The position numbers and the translations under genes were made by a program. Below, in pieces: positions 1-13,203 of a stretch of 64,000 bases of DNA. The notes beneath the pieces were generated by a model, which made no database searches, was not told the DNA's origin, and worked only from the letters and a program-made list of their open reading frames with translations. The stretch comes from Eledone cirrhosa (lineage: Eukaryota). Positions within the stretch are counted from its first letter, which is position 1. Every line of letters starts with the position of its first letter. The stretch is from positions 139,438,001 to 139,502,000 of the forward strand of contig OZ024741.1 in assembly GCA_964016885.1 (NCBI GenBank), in the 5' to 3' direction.

Positions 1-172
1 AATCTAATTTATTCGGTCCTCAATATTGCCATTGACTGACCGACGGTCAAACATAATACAGATACAATATAGACACAAACACATATATATAGTTTATCAA
101 GTATAACAATATACCCTCCCCAGTATAACAATATTTGTTTAGACACACGATTTCATATAAAAAACCTCGCAA

Positions 173-176
<4 letters not shown>
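1..176. mobile_element. Rearranged pseudo-LTR (pLTR) pieces of the Nematis-like PLE family (same family as 48091-48696 and 60020-60540)
   Basis: 1-99 matches 48235-48334 and 60132-60230 in the same orientation. 100-176 (ACCCTCCCCAGTATAACAAT...TTTCATATAAAAAACCTCGCAAAACTA) is the reverse complement of the terminus at ~48103-48147. Ends in (TA)n. Confidence 0.8.

Positions 177-217
<41 letters not shown>
175..217. repeat. (TA)n microsatellite
   Basis: Direct reading. Confidence 0.97.
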
Positions 218-220
<3 letters not shown>

Positions 221-267
221 AAGTGTAAGTCAATAGGCTAAAGTTAACTTCGTTTATTCATATTTCC

Positions 268-322
268 TGCAATATATATTTCGGTGATAACAATTATTCC
301 GCAGCTATGATCTCATCAAGCA
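268..322 (-). ncRNA. Degenerate type I hammerhead ribozyme motif
   Basis: Minus strand reads UGC-UUGAUGA-GAUCAUAGC...GUUAUCACC-GAAA-UAUAUA-UU-GCA. Stem I UGC/GCA, C3U core variant, imperfect stem II, palindromic stem III. About 50 nt from (TA)n. Confidence 0.55.
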
Positions 323-1206
323 CTAGAACAGAACTAGAACAGAAAAAAGACAAGAACATAATGGTGGACAAAGTTTACCTTGTTAATTCGTTAATATGCC
401 GAGATCCGAAAGTGTGATGTTGTTTTCTTAGAGAACAGGTAGCATATGAATTAGAACGAACGTATTCAAGTATCCGAAGGATATAACTTCCTCTCATTTC
501 TCAGATACTATCTTAACACTCCTGTGGAAAATCTATTGGGTTTCTTGGGTAATTTGTCCTTGAAACTGGTCAGCATGTTACGGTTGTTTTTAACAAGCTA
601 TAGTAACTGTATGTGTGTGTTCTGGTCTGTGCGACCTATTTGACTATAGTGGCAGTGGTGCAAACAGGTCAACTCTTTTGCGGTAGTAGTTTAGTTGCTA
701 GTGAAGAATTCATGGATGTAATCTGATATGTGTTCATCTGGGAATGTTAATGCGTATCCATATCAATAGACCTGATATTAAGAGATGTTAGAATCATAAC
801 TGTGTATTAAAAACTATAAGAATTAAGGTTTATAAGTGTAAAAATTAAATCTATATTGTAAACATTTAGTACACACCAGGAAACATACATCTACGTACCC
901 CCACACGTATACGCAAATATATACATACATGCACATACATCTATACATAAACATATCTGTGTCCATACACGCACAGACAGAAGCACATAGACACACTTAC
1001 GTGTATACGTACACATTTACACAGACACATATGTACCCTGTGGAGGTGTGGTAAAGGAATAATAGGAATATATTAACTACTTATCACACATAGTACTGAC
1101 TTCTATGTGCGATGGTGAAACCCAGTGGTCGGAAACATGGGGTGAACGGAGGCACCCAGGGTAGGACCGTGCCAAAGTATATTATCTCGGTAATTAGCTA
1201 ATGGTG

Positions 1207-1900
1207 TTAACTTGGGTTGGAACTGTCCTTGAAGCTCGTCGACATGGCTCCAATGTAAACATAATCAAAATTGGCGGTGGTAATCCTGCATCGGTAGACT
1301 AGGTTCTTAACTAGGCATTCATTACTAAGGGGACATAAAGTCTGGTTTCTGCAGTTGCATGAAGTGGTCAACACCTGCATGCTTACTGTGGGGTTCTCAT
1401 CACGTAGGTTCGGGCGGTCCATCCCTCTGACGTGCACAGGATCCCCGGGTCGGTTGGTGTTACTCGGGTCTGTCCCTGGTCCTCCCATTTACCCTGTGAT
1501 GGCTCTACTGTGTGTCTATACGATTAACTGTTGTCTGTCTAAATGTCCTAAGTCTATTCCTATTGATATTAGCTATGTGCTGGGCTAGGACGCGCGTGGT
1601 CGAATATGAATGTTTCACCGTGTGTCTATTAAAGATTATATGGTACCAGTGTGTCCTCGAGAAACATTTATCCAGTGGACTAAAGATTGAGCGTGCCAGG
1701 CAGGTCTGTAGACCAACGGAGTATGGTGGGTTATACCATGTTATTTTTCTATGCCTGGTCGTATGTGAGTGGGTTGAGTACGCACCAAGACATGGAGGGT
1801 TTATCGAGGTTCGACGGCCTCCCACCCTGTTGCTGCTCCGTTGCGCGTTATGGGATCTTCTAACTGTTCTGTCTCTGCCGGTGGGGTGGAACCCGTAAAA
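1207..1900 (-). mobile_element. Penelope-like element fragment, Hydra-type (RT thumb, CxCx5C linker, N-terminal part of GIY-YIG)
   Basis: ORFs 1505-1825 (RKITWYNPPYS...HIIFNRHTVKHSYS) and 1207-1488 (CNCRNQTLCPLSNECLVKNLVY...YIG), homologous to 33500-33900. Confidence 0.85.
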
Positions 1901-2059
1901 GAAATAAATACATATGATTAAAAAGACTCCAGTTGCTTTTCAATTTCCGTTCCTTTTATATACAGGATTTAAGGACCCGATTGATGTATGTTGCGTCATT
2001 TCTTAGGGCACTGATTCCCTGAGTTCTACCTTTTTATAACTATTTTATTATTTCGATAA

Positions 2060-3078
2060 ATGGTGCCAGACATTAAATTGACTCAGCAAATAAAAAGGTA
2101 CGCTGTAATCGTTGCCTGAAAAGCAGAGGATATTGATTAAGTAGTAGCTTCCTTCTTGGAAGGTACCCAATTCTTCGTCATTAAAGTTACAAAGGATCTA
2201 GAAGCTGCTGTTGTGGGTCCTGCATCAGCAGCCAAGCGCAAATCACATGCACAAGTTCTTAATACAATCAAGCGCGAGTTTTGTTTGTTTAATTAATCGA
2301 TAAAACCACAGGAAATGCAACCAGATACATTGCATAGGACGTTAAAGTTTCAGAATGCACCATGAAAGGAGGTGTCTATGAGGAGATCCGATACAAGCCG
2401 TCCGTAATGTGACAAGACTGAGTTCGTATCGAATGTGACGAAAAAAAAGCGTTTGGACCGTGCAAAGCAGTTACAGTATAAATTAAAATATCTAGAAGCT
2501 GAAAGGTTTTGGTTCTATCATGATGAGAAAAACTGATTTTTCGGGATGCCGTCAGAAATGAGAGAGATGCCATGACTTTTCATTTTTCCCAGGGCAAAAG
2601 AATCAACAAAGCTGTATACATATATGTTTTGGAGACATATACAAAGAACGGGGTAAGCAACGAACGGGGTAAGCAAAGAACAAGGTAAGCAACGAAATAC
2701 CGTTCGTCTCGCAACAAGTATCTGTGCCCTCTCATAAGAACAGAACGACAAATGCGTGGATGCGTGACAATCGCCATGTCCACGTTCTTCCAGACACATG
2801 GCCTCATAGCTCACCAGACCTCAATCCGCTGGACTATTACGTATTTGGAAAGAGAGTATAATCATCATGTTCAAAGAGAGTACAATCGTGACGTTGAAAC
2901 AGAGTACAATCATCATGTTGAAAGAGAGTACAATCATCACCCTCACAACAATATAGAGTCTATGAAGTCCACCATTACTAGCACATTGTCATATATCGAA
3001 AGAGTTCATCTGATTCGGGTATGCCAACGCTTCAAACCATGTATTGAAGCAGACATTGAATATAACAGTAATTCCTGA
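2060..3078 (+). mobile_element. Decayed Tc1/mariner (DDxD, maT/DD37D-like) transposase pseudogene
   Basis: Translation with stops and frameshifts: MVPDIKLTQQIKRYAVIVA*KAE...; FWFYHDEKN; WPHSSPDLNPLDYYVF; EREYNHHPHNNIESMKSTI...HLIRVCQRFKPCIEA. TIRs not identified. Confidence 0.8.
2848..2940 (+). repeat. 24-bp tandem repeat, ~4 copies (GAAAGAGAGTACAATCATCATGTT)
   Basis: Direct reading; gives EREYNHHV-type repeats. Confidence 0.9.
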
Positions 3079-3117
3079 TGATTTCAAACGAATGAAACAG
3101 TTCTAGTCCTGTAGAAT
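3071..3117 (+). ncRNA. Type I hammerhead motif, family A
   Basis: AUUC-CUGAUGA-U UUC AAAC GAA U-GAA-ACAG UUCUAGUC CUGU-A-GAAU, followed within ~7 nt by (TA)n. Same family as 32598-32648 and 38383-38433. Confidence 0.7.
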
Positions 3118-3118
3118 C

Positions 3119-3177
<59 letters not shown>

Positions 3178-3179
<2 letters not shown>

Positions 3180-3295
3180 TTTATCCAGGGTTCAATCAGG
3201 GGTAACCACAGTAAGGAAGGTACTCAATACAAAGCAGAGTATAAATATTTAATATAGAAAAGGCTTCTACAGGACTAGAACTGTTTCAATTGGGA
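3178..3295 (-). mobile_element. pLTR tail plus 3' half of a family A hammerhead
   Basis: Homologous to 32511-32625 (GGTAACCACAGTAAG.AAGGTACTCAATAC...TTCTACAGGACTAGAACTGTTTCA). Confidence 0.75.
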
Positions 3296-3302
3296 AAAAT
3301 CA

Positions 3303-3320
3303 TGTGTGTGTGTGCGCGTG

Positions 3321-3390
<70 letters not shown>

Positions 3391-3479
3391 CATGTGTGTA
3401 TGTGTGTGGGTGTGTGTGTGTGTGTGGGTGTGTGGGTGTGTGTGTGTGTATGTGTGTGTGTGCGAGTGTGCGTGTGTGT
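3303..3479. repeat. (TG)n microsatellite
   Basis: Direct reading. Confidence 0.95.
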
Positions 3480-5909
3480 TAGTATTATATACAGATAGAC
3501 ATGCAGCATAATATAGATATATGAATGTTTGATTCATATACGGGCACTTCAGAAAGAGAAGGTGAATTCAGGTGAATTCAGAGTAAGAGAGAACGATTGA
3601 TTGGCTTCGTTAGCTTTTAACAATATAAGTTAGTGAAAGAGGAGAAGATATGGGATGTAGTTGAGGGAGATATAGCAAGGATAGAGATAATTAAGATGAA
3701 GGGAGGAAACAGCTAGAGGGAGATAAGTGGACGGATAAGATTAGTACGAATAAAGTCATCGAGTGCAGTAAAATATAGATAAGACAAAATGATGTTGATT
3801 GTGATGTTGATGTGTTTGTTTGTATGTGTGCGTGTGTGTGAGTGCATGTGACTATGTGTGTATGTATTTATGGTATGAATTATTAAAAGAAGATGTATTT
3901 GTAATGTGGTATTATTAGTGGTATGCATTGCAATGTTTCCATTTGTAAAACCTCAAGCTCTCTGGAACTCGATGCATATAACATACTATAATTTAATGTT
4001 TCAGATGCGCACATATACACAAAATACGTTAGTTACTAATTCGGTTTTCCCAACGTCAGGTCTGAAAATTTCAAAGTGCCGAATGCCTTCTTTAAAACAC
4101 CACATGCATACGCTATTACGTGTCTATTCACTGGCTCATCATCTAAGCCTCACTGATTAAACGGGATCTACTACTGCCGTAATGGGCTTATATTAGGTAA
4201 GTGCTTTGTTAGTAATATACACAATTTATTGTGTATTCATTCTTCTCTCAGTAAAAAAAGTATTTTACGATTGCTGTTTTGCTGTATGAAAAACAACCTA
4301 AGGGACACAATTCCAGTGTGGATACATGCAAGTATTCAGTGATGATAAATGGGCACTTGGTAGAGAAAATTTCAAGGAATACTAAGGATTATTAGTCATG
4401 CTAAAGATGCTACGGCTGATGTTTCTTTCGATTTTTATATATTCCCAGAATAGCTCTATTTTAGCACATATAGAACCAAAGGTATTCCAGGCTTCAGTTT
4501 TCTCCCTTTTATGCATAGTATATCCTGAACTATATTATCCAACATATCCGTGCATTTTAAATTCCGTGTCAGGTTGTGGCTTGATTATCTTACTAGTGCA
4601 AACGCTAATATGTATATAGTAACAGATTATATATTAAGGGCAGAGTTAAATAGCCGTGGATTTTAGTATTTTGTGGTTAGTGATGCTTATTTTGCTACAT
4701 TTCATTTTGGATATTTTAGTTTTTTTCTGTTTATGTTTACTATGGTGGACAGCTACACTTCTATTGTTCGGCTATACTGGTAAGTGTTATAGTGGTAACG
4801 ATATGTGTCATAGTGGTAATCATTACGGTGTCTATGGTGCTGTTCATCTGAGGATAGTTCACACGTAGAGTTAATTTGCTTTAAAACATGAACGTTTTCG
4901 TCAGGTACACATTATCTAATTTCAGCTACGTATATGGGTTCATTTATTGTTAACGTTACTTTCTCGTAGTGAATAAAACATCACCATTAATGTAGATACG
5001 AACGAAATACGATTCGATCTATAAAGCTGTCCTCTATTTGCACTGCTTGTAGCATTCTTGTAGTGGCTCATTCACTGTTTCGTGACACTTTTCGTGAACA
5101 TAAGCCAACGTCTCTGATGGTTATACATACTACGAAGCCACTTCAATATTATCATTGCAGACTATAACTTTCCTCCGCTTTATTTGCCTATTTAACATTC
5201 AGCTCAATATGTAGATTTGAATTGACTGTGGTCGTTTGAAAATACATCATCAAAAGGAGCTTCTATTGTTTCTTGGTATACTGAATGAAGTAATAAATGT
5301 CAATAAAAAGCTAAGCATAAAATGAGAAGAAAAAACAGAACAATTAACCTTATAACAAAAGCCTTTTCAATTGATTTCAAATATTCTGTGTTCATGTTTA
5401 TAATACATTAGCAATAACTAATGTATTTTACGTAACGAAAATGTTGATCATCCCAAGAATACGAAGATGAATAGCAAACAAAATTAAAAGTATCAGACAA
5501 GACTGCGAGATCTAAACCAGGTAACAATTTAAGTAGAGAAAAAACAAACTCTAATCTAGATGAATTGAAAAAATCCAAATAAAGATACAATATTGAACCG
5601 TTGTTTGTGATTAATATAAGAAGGACAGTGGGATTTGCAAATTGAATGGAATTAGTCATTCCTAATTCACCTTTGATTTTCTATACGGTACTGAAATGTT
5701 TTTCACCCGTGTCAAACATTGGCCGAATTCGTCGTTTCCCTCCAGTACTCACTTTAGCATTGACACAGGTGAAAGACAGGATGAAATATCTTTACTTTTC
5801 ATGCTTGTGGGACCGAGAGTAACGCACTGGAGTCGATTTAAGCGACTTTCCCATCTCGCCAAATTACTGGCCTTGTGCATATAGGAGAAATTATTATTAT
5901 TATTATAAA

Positions 5910-5943
<34 letters not shown>

Positions 5944-5944
5944 G

Positions 5945-7835
5945 ATGATATTTAACTTGCGAGTTTGTAAAAATGAACATCAAGCCGCTACCTGCAACCC
6001 CAGATATTCAGTACGTATCTGAGGGTTCTTATTCCAAAAAAGGGGGCTGGACTAATGTTTATTAACCATACTTGGAAGCTCTTCAAGATAGTACCTAGTA
6101 CTCCGACTTCAATCGGGATGAGCTTGATCTCATGACAGACCCAATCATTTTTAATTCCCACTTTAAATCGTAGTATCGGCTAATTTTCTCCTTGTGTCAA
6201 AGGGGCAGGCTACATCAACAATCAGGGTCTATCTATTTACCTTGTCAAAAACCACCAGGTAAGGCCTATTGTGTTCTAATTTTTTGACCGTCTGGATATT
6301 GAAATGCCATAGTACCTTCACATGATCATTTTCTGCCACCGACTCTGGCTTATGCTCATACCACTTCTGAAAACGGGGTAAATTATTTAGTTTGCATAAA
6401 TGCCAGTGATTCCCCCTTTCCTATTGAATTGTGCCTCCAGCTTTTATAGTGAGGCTGAACTAGGTGTGAGCTACAGTCTCCTCACTCTCTCCACATATCC
6501 TACAGAGTGACTTAGCCTCCTCCTAGTCAATGTGGTGTTTCACCCACTTCGTTCTGAGGGTTGCTGTTGTGCAGCCATTATAATTCATTCTGTAGCTTTT
6601 TAAGGTCTCCTCTTTTTGACCAGCTCCATGGCTGTGGATCTCTGAATTCCGTTTTCTTAAAAGAAAAGGTGTTATAAAGAGATTTGTCATGAAGGTTGCC
6701 TTTTCTCTACGTTGTTAATTCCTCCTTAGACATCCCCAACTCTACTGTTTTCTTCTTCAGTACAACTTTGATCATCGGATCACAACTCTAAAACACATAT
6801 TTGTGCACACTGCTCCTCTCCATTTAAACACAGTCCTCTATGCTGATAAGACCTGTTCCACCTTCAGATGTCTTTAGTTTGAGTATATCAACATCACTCG
6901 TCTTGTGGAACAGGCTATTATTAGTCATTAGCTTCCTAGTCTTTATATCCATTTTTTTTGTTCAGTAACATTCAATTTGGGAATTCCCGCACTGTACCTA
7001 ATAATAGTAGACACAGCTCGGGAATTCTCTGCACTTATGACATTCCTACTAGTTAGATGCGGTTTTAGTATGTTCCTTATTCTCCTTATATATTCAGATC
7101 ATATCAATTCCTTCATTATATTGTTCTTTGTGTCACCTGCCTCCACAACAACCAAATAACTGTATCCCTCTTCAGTGTCTATTTCTCGTATCATGTCACC
7201 CGTTGATACCTGGATTCCTTTGCTCCCGTTCAACTTACTCCCTCTTCATCACTAGGACTCCAGACTTATCGACAGCAAATTCAATCCATATATCATAGAT
7301 AGCTGAAAAGAGAGACAGCGTTAACAAGTACATCCAACTCTTTTTCGCTTTCTAAGAGGGTTTTTAATCGGCACGAAGAGGAGGTATTTAATGACAAGCT
7401 CTCCTCTTCCCAGCTCGTATCCTGCTTTCACTTTTCGCAATATGAGGGACAAGGGTATGAGGGTGACGGAAAATAACAAAGGAGACACACTTTCTCCTTC
7501 CAAGATACCTCTCTTGATGTTGGCTGCTACATGTAGTATATCCATCCCATAGAAAGACTAGTATGCCTTCTCTTGCAATTCTCCATTTTGTCAATAAGTA
7601 ACTGTTTTTGTACGACGGGAGTTCTTTCTGCATCCTTTCTCTTCATCCGGCAATAAGTTGTTTATGGGAAGGCGATAGTAGACTTCCCCAGGCACAATGC
7701 TTGTTAGCAGTTTCCACATTACGGGCAGATGTGTGATAGGGGTATAGTTGGTAACCTCATTACCCTTGATTCAGTCTTTCATTACAATAACTTTGGTACC
7801 TTTTGTCAAGCACTCTAGTACTTAACCCGACACCA
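5945..7835 (-). mobile_element. Decayed Dong/R4-like non-LTR retrotransposon (RT plus restriction-like endonuclease), 5'-truncated
   Basis: Minus-strand translation: GNEVTNYTPITHLPVMWKLLTSI; IKRGILEGESVSPLLFSVTLIPLSLIL; CRICGESEETVAH; KWYEHKPESVAENDHVKVLWHFNIQT..HNRP; IPIEVGVLG. 3' end runs into (TAA)n at 5891-5943. Confidence 0.8.
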
Positions 7836-8159
7836 GTTTTGGGTAGAGGCATGTTATATTATTTTGTCCAATATCCTTGTACCCAAAGAGTTCAACATTT
7901 CCTTTTGTTTCCAGGGCCGATAAAATAAAGTACCAGTCATAACACTAGGGACAATAGTATTGCTTGGTTCGTGCCTAAATTAGAAAACATCATTAGTATG
8001 CTGACATAGAATAACAATGCGTACTAAGTATCCAATATTCTTAACACATTCACGTCTGAACGGTGAGTAACGGTGATTGCTCACATCAATATTTGAAAGG
8101 CTGTCACCCGGATATTCCTAACTAATACAGCACACACATATACACACACACACTCACAT

Positions 8160-8228
8160 AGCAATTACCCAGTACCAGTAGTGTACTGGGTAATTGCTGG
8201 CCTTGTGCCTAACGTAAAAACAATTATC
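8160..8228 (+). mobile_element. SINE 3' fragment with a 16-bp fold-back hairpin
   Basis: AGCAATTACCCAGTAC-cagtagt-GTACTGGGTAATTGCT followed by GGCCTTGTGCC, as in the 12814 SINE. Confidence 0.7.
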
Positions 8229-11200
8229 TTGTTTGTTATTGATATGAAAACATGTGTGAAGGTACATAATATTATAATGGCAGAAGGCATTCATAAAGTT
8301 TCCACTACACGATGTAAAGAACAGTTAAATATTAGACAAACGAACAGAGAAAAGTAATACATGCCGAACGATTGACCAATTCAATGAGTCGCTATATTGA
8401 GGAAGCCGTGACAAAGCGAATGAACGCAGCTGTTTCAATAATCGCCTGTTTATTTATTTACTTAAACCTTCTTTGATATCTTGTCCTATTGAATAATATT
8501 GCCAGGGTTTTCAGCTGAAATGAAAACAGAAAAAAAAAGGAATATGGGTTCATTGTAGCATGAATTGTGTTTCACTAATGCTAATTTTCTTCAGATCTGC
8601 GCTTGAATGAATAGTAAATTACTTTTCTTCTCCAGGAATTCATGCTACCTTAATACGAGAACAAAATACATAGAGTAGATCTGCATTATAGGGAGCTGGT
8701 TAAATCCGATGACATTTGTAAAATTCAAAAGAACGGGGTTGAAGAAAGGTTAGGGAATAGTTTTGAAATTGTATTCAATGAACTGAAACAAACGATATGA
8801 ATTTGCTACTAAATCTTCTAGTAATATATGTAAAAAGATTTAACCTGCAACATTATTAACCATATTTTTATCATTTTCCATCAAAGTTCTTCCAAGTGTG
8901 CATGGTTTAGTGCGTACTCCTGTTTCACAATTTTCAGGCTACTAAGGTAATACAATAATCTACCCTGGTGGATCTCCAGGCTATCAAAACCTATTCCCTA
9001 TGTGCTGTTGCTCCTATTAATAATGTTTAGCTTATCGAACTGGAGTAGCGTGAAATGAAGTCCCTGTTCAAAAATAGAGCGTTAACAGTTCTGTAACCCA
9101 TCACCTTATGATGGTGAATACTGTATTTTAAATATGTGGTCACGCCTCAACGCTTTGTTATTATATCTGAAAAGAGAATCAATACAATTATATGATGTTA
9201 CTATTATTTAATTATTGGTTCAATTATCTTTAATTAGATAATATATTTATTTGATACTCCAAGTAAATTGTTACCCCACTGGATATACTACAGGACGTAG
9301 TTTTATGGAAGAAATGTATATAATGATTAAGTAAACAAATAAGATATAATCTTTCCCATAAATATTTGCATCCTATCCATATAGCCCATCTATATTTTAG
9401 TGAACAGACGTTAAAAATCACGCAATGTTTAGCCTTCATCGATATTTGAAACAACTGTTGTTTTGCGTAAATCTATATTTTCCGGAGATTATCTGCACGT
9501 TGAATTTGTCTGGATAATAAAAAAGCAGTATTTTCAACACAATCCAGATTGAAGGTGTTTATGATAAATTAATAATTAAGTGAACAGGTAGGTGCTAGAT
9601 ATTAAGAAATATTATCACTTCTACCGATACCAGTAGTAGCTATGTTGCTTTGAATATATTTCTCCATTAGTTAAATAACTATTGTCCAAACCATGATAGA
9701 GGACAAAATATGCATTCTATAAGCGGGCCTGAGAGAAAGTAATCGAATGAACTGTATGATACACTATATTTTCAGGGACATGTGTCAATATATACAATAT
9801 ATTTCAAGAGCGTGTCAACAATATGTTATGTGTCTAAACTAAGTCTTAATGCTCTTGCGTTTACAATACTAAAATATATATTTATACGTTTGTATATCGT
9901 TTTAAACATCTATCATTATGTTATGTAAGAAGTCTTAAATTATCCTCTAAACATCAGCTTAGGCGTGTCAAAATGTTAGTTATATCACTAAATGCATCAA
10001 AATTCTTGATTATTTACAGACTATTTGAAAATCAAATGAGTTAACGAAAGGGTTAACTACAATACATCAAAAGTAATTATAAACGAATATACACCTTGAT
10101 AATTCAGTATACTTGAAACTTATAGGATATAGATTTTGGATGCATCTTGATATACATATCACATTATCACAAAAGTGGGAAACATTGCACTGTAATTGCT
10201 ATTCTCCACAGGTTCCCACTTTAGCTTGCATTTCTGCTTCGTAAAAAAAAAAAAAAATCATTAGTTCTAATCTTTTTTCATACTATTTAAAATAGACGCC
10301 TTTAAAGAAGAAAAATATATGTGTTCGTTTGTTTCTTATATGATGTCAATAATATAGTATTATTGAGAGCTCTACGTTTCTGGGAAACGTGTGTAATCTA
10401 AATGGTGAGAATGTTCGGCTGTTATAGATGATCCACGTTTAGGCCCGTCACTAGAATTCCAATATGACATGGTAGTTTATATATATATATATATAGACAA
10501 CCATGTATTATGTAGTAATAAGACCTTATTTTACATAATTCGAAATATGGAAAATTGTGAAGTTAAATGAGAGTACATAAAATAAATTCTGTTGTCGCCA
10601 TAGGCAGTTCTATCACTCATTATATGACACGTGAAACTGTTTTATATATATATAATGCGATCTCCAATTGTGAATATATTCGATTGAACATAAGTTTGTG
10701 AGTTCAATTTCCGTATTAGGTGGCATAATTTGTTTATTTATTTATTTATTGTGAAGGATAGCTCATTTTAAGTAACTTCCGTACGTTGACCCGGAAAAAA
10801 GTAGTTGACCCTTTCAATAAAAAACAGGAATCGTGTCAAACTCTGTCACAGCGAATCCTGTTAATATCTACATTACGTTTACACGAGTTTGTAGAATTAC
10901 AGCCTCTTCTATGTTAATTTGATGTGCAGGTTGTTCCATTGAACAAACAATTTTAACCCACATTGTCGCAGTTGAAGTTGGTCCAACACACATGATCTCT
11001 TATTCAGTCAGTTGTAGTTATGTTGTTATGAAACCCATCGTAACGGAGTGTGTTCCTATGGCAAGTTCGATATTTTCAAATGAAGTCATTCGTGAACATG
11101 ATATCGCGCACATATTTCTCCTGAGAAAATATTCATTCTCTGAACATTTCTCAAATTAGTAGAAAGAAATATAATAATTCATGACTCTCAAAATGGACAA

Positions 11201-12813
11201 AAAGTAGAAAATATGAAAAACATAAAAAATCCCAATGTCAAAATTGTTAATAGTCGCTAACTACTATTTTGTTGTTGTTGTTGTTTTGGTTGTTGTTATT
11301 GTTTAGTGTTATGTCTGAAGCGTATCCCTGGCAACGTTATGAATGAGGGTATTTTTCTTCACCCTATTGAAATATCGAATATTTTATTACCTTATGGACA
11401 TATTATTAAATAGTTGTAAGGAATAAAAGCGTTTGTTTGGATGTTGTAAATTTCTGTTAGATTGTTCGCATACGTTGCAATTATCTTTCGTATTTTCTAT
11501 AAGATTAAGATTTATCGCGTAAAATTATATTCATTTTTAGTGTCTTTTCTACGCAATATCATATATTAAGTGCAACGAAGCATTAGACATATTCATCAAA
11601 AGCCCTAGAGCCAAAATAATAAAACAATACAACTTAGTATTAGAAAAATCTATTTTATTCGGTATGAGTTTGGTTTCATACAAGCAATCATATAATGTTA
11701 TTAGACTTATTGTTTTCTTTCGATAAAGCATAAACGACGAAGGTGCTTTATTTATTAGGATGAAACGAAAATGGAATATTTTGGAGTATCAGGTTTTCTT
11801 GGCAGTATTACCAATGGATGGGATGGACGTAATGAGCTCTGGCGCCCAGGTATTTAACATCCTTGGTTAACCTAAACAATGTACGCCTCTTCTCCAATGT
11901 ATGCTCCCTAATCCTGTAAATAACATAATTTAAATTTAGTTTGGTAAGCTTAAAAATGATTTTGTATGGCAATTATTACCCTGACCACTGTGACATTTTA
12001 CAACCATAATTCACACCCACGCAGTTTAAATCATCTGATACATGCTAAATCCATGGAAAACTCTCCTTTACCTTGGATAATTTCACAAAGCCACTATGGG
12101 GCGAAAGTATTTACCTATTCATTCATTACAGAAAAGTTTAATATATTTAAGTTTATGAACGAAATTGTAGACAACAGAGTTTCTTTAAAGCTGCAAAATG
12201 CACCTTTCTATAGACTACGCCCTAAGCACCTACCTATTTAGCGTATATCGTAGACAACAGCCTGTTGAGTTTACCAATGTTTAATAATATCAATTCAACC
12301 CCATAATGGGCAAAGTCTAGTGGAACTATGGAGGTGTATTGGTATGAGTGTGTCAAAATATTACTGTATTTGATTGTCTTTTTACAATATTTGGTAGAGG
12401 TTATTCAGAGGTGAACATTTTGACTTCGTGTGGCTTCGCAGGAGCTTCAAAACGAATGAGGATGGAGTGATGACCAGACGTATTGCAACGGATTCTATTC
12501 TCTAAATTCCAGGTGTAGGACATATACTTAAACCGGGCGAGGCATTGTGGATCCTACAAAAGTATAGGTCGTCCAGCGATTTTCCAAAGATCTTCGTAAA
12601 TTTCTGGACGCTCTCTTACTCCCAATTTTTGTACGACCCAGTAATCCAATAAACGTCATTATCCGGAATTACCTCCCAACAAGGTTTTACCTGAAATCTC
12701 AAGATTACTAGATATATTTCTTAAAATTCTTTGCGGTTGCGATATATTGAGTATTTCATGAATTATGTCCTACTCAGATTTCTATGTGTGTCTATTATGA
12801 GAAAACATTATTG

Positions 12814-13203
12814 AATTGGCAGTATCGGTAGAGGGTTGGACGCCATGCTTTCTAGCATAGTTACGTCCTTTTACAGTCTGAGTTCAAATCCCGCCGAGAT
12901 TAACTTTGCTTTTCATCCTTACGGGGTCGATAAAATAAAGTACCAGTAATGTACTGGGTAATTGCTGGCCTTGTGCCTAAAGTGGAAACAATTATTATAA
13001 ACATATTGTGGTGGATTGGCAGTATCGGTAGAGAGTCGGACGCCATGCTTTCCAGCTTAGTTTCGTCCCTTTACAAACTGAGTTCAAATCCCTCGGAGGT
13101 TAACTTTACCTTTCATCCTTACGGGGTCGATAAAATAAAGTACCAGTAATGTACGTACTGAAGAATTGCTGGCCTTGTGCCAAAAGTAGAAACAATTATT
13201 ATA
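12814..13203 (+). mobile_element. Two tandem copies of an abundant SINE (Meta-domain-like core)
   Basis: Units ~12814-12998 and ~13016-13203: GGCAGTATCGGTAGAG...GAGTTCAAATCC (B-box-like)...TTTCATCCTTACGGGGTCGATAAAATAAAGTACCAGT...GCTGGCCTTGTGCC...(TTA) tail. Confidence 0.85.

Noticed and set aside
2848-2940. CRISPR-like regular repeats
   Set aside because: Contiguous tandem units without spacers, in a eukaryotic transposon.
4860-4910. Minus-strand CUGACGA-AAAC...GUUU-UAAA (similarly weak matches at ~8555-8600, ~28930-28970 and ~55105-55135)
   Set aside because: Core or stems are too broken to separate from chance in AT-rich DNA.
12280-12700. GC-richer block bounded by splice-like signals on the minus strand (possible host exon)
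   Set aside because: All three frames stop soon after the putative acceptor and no domain is recognisable.
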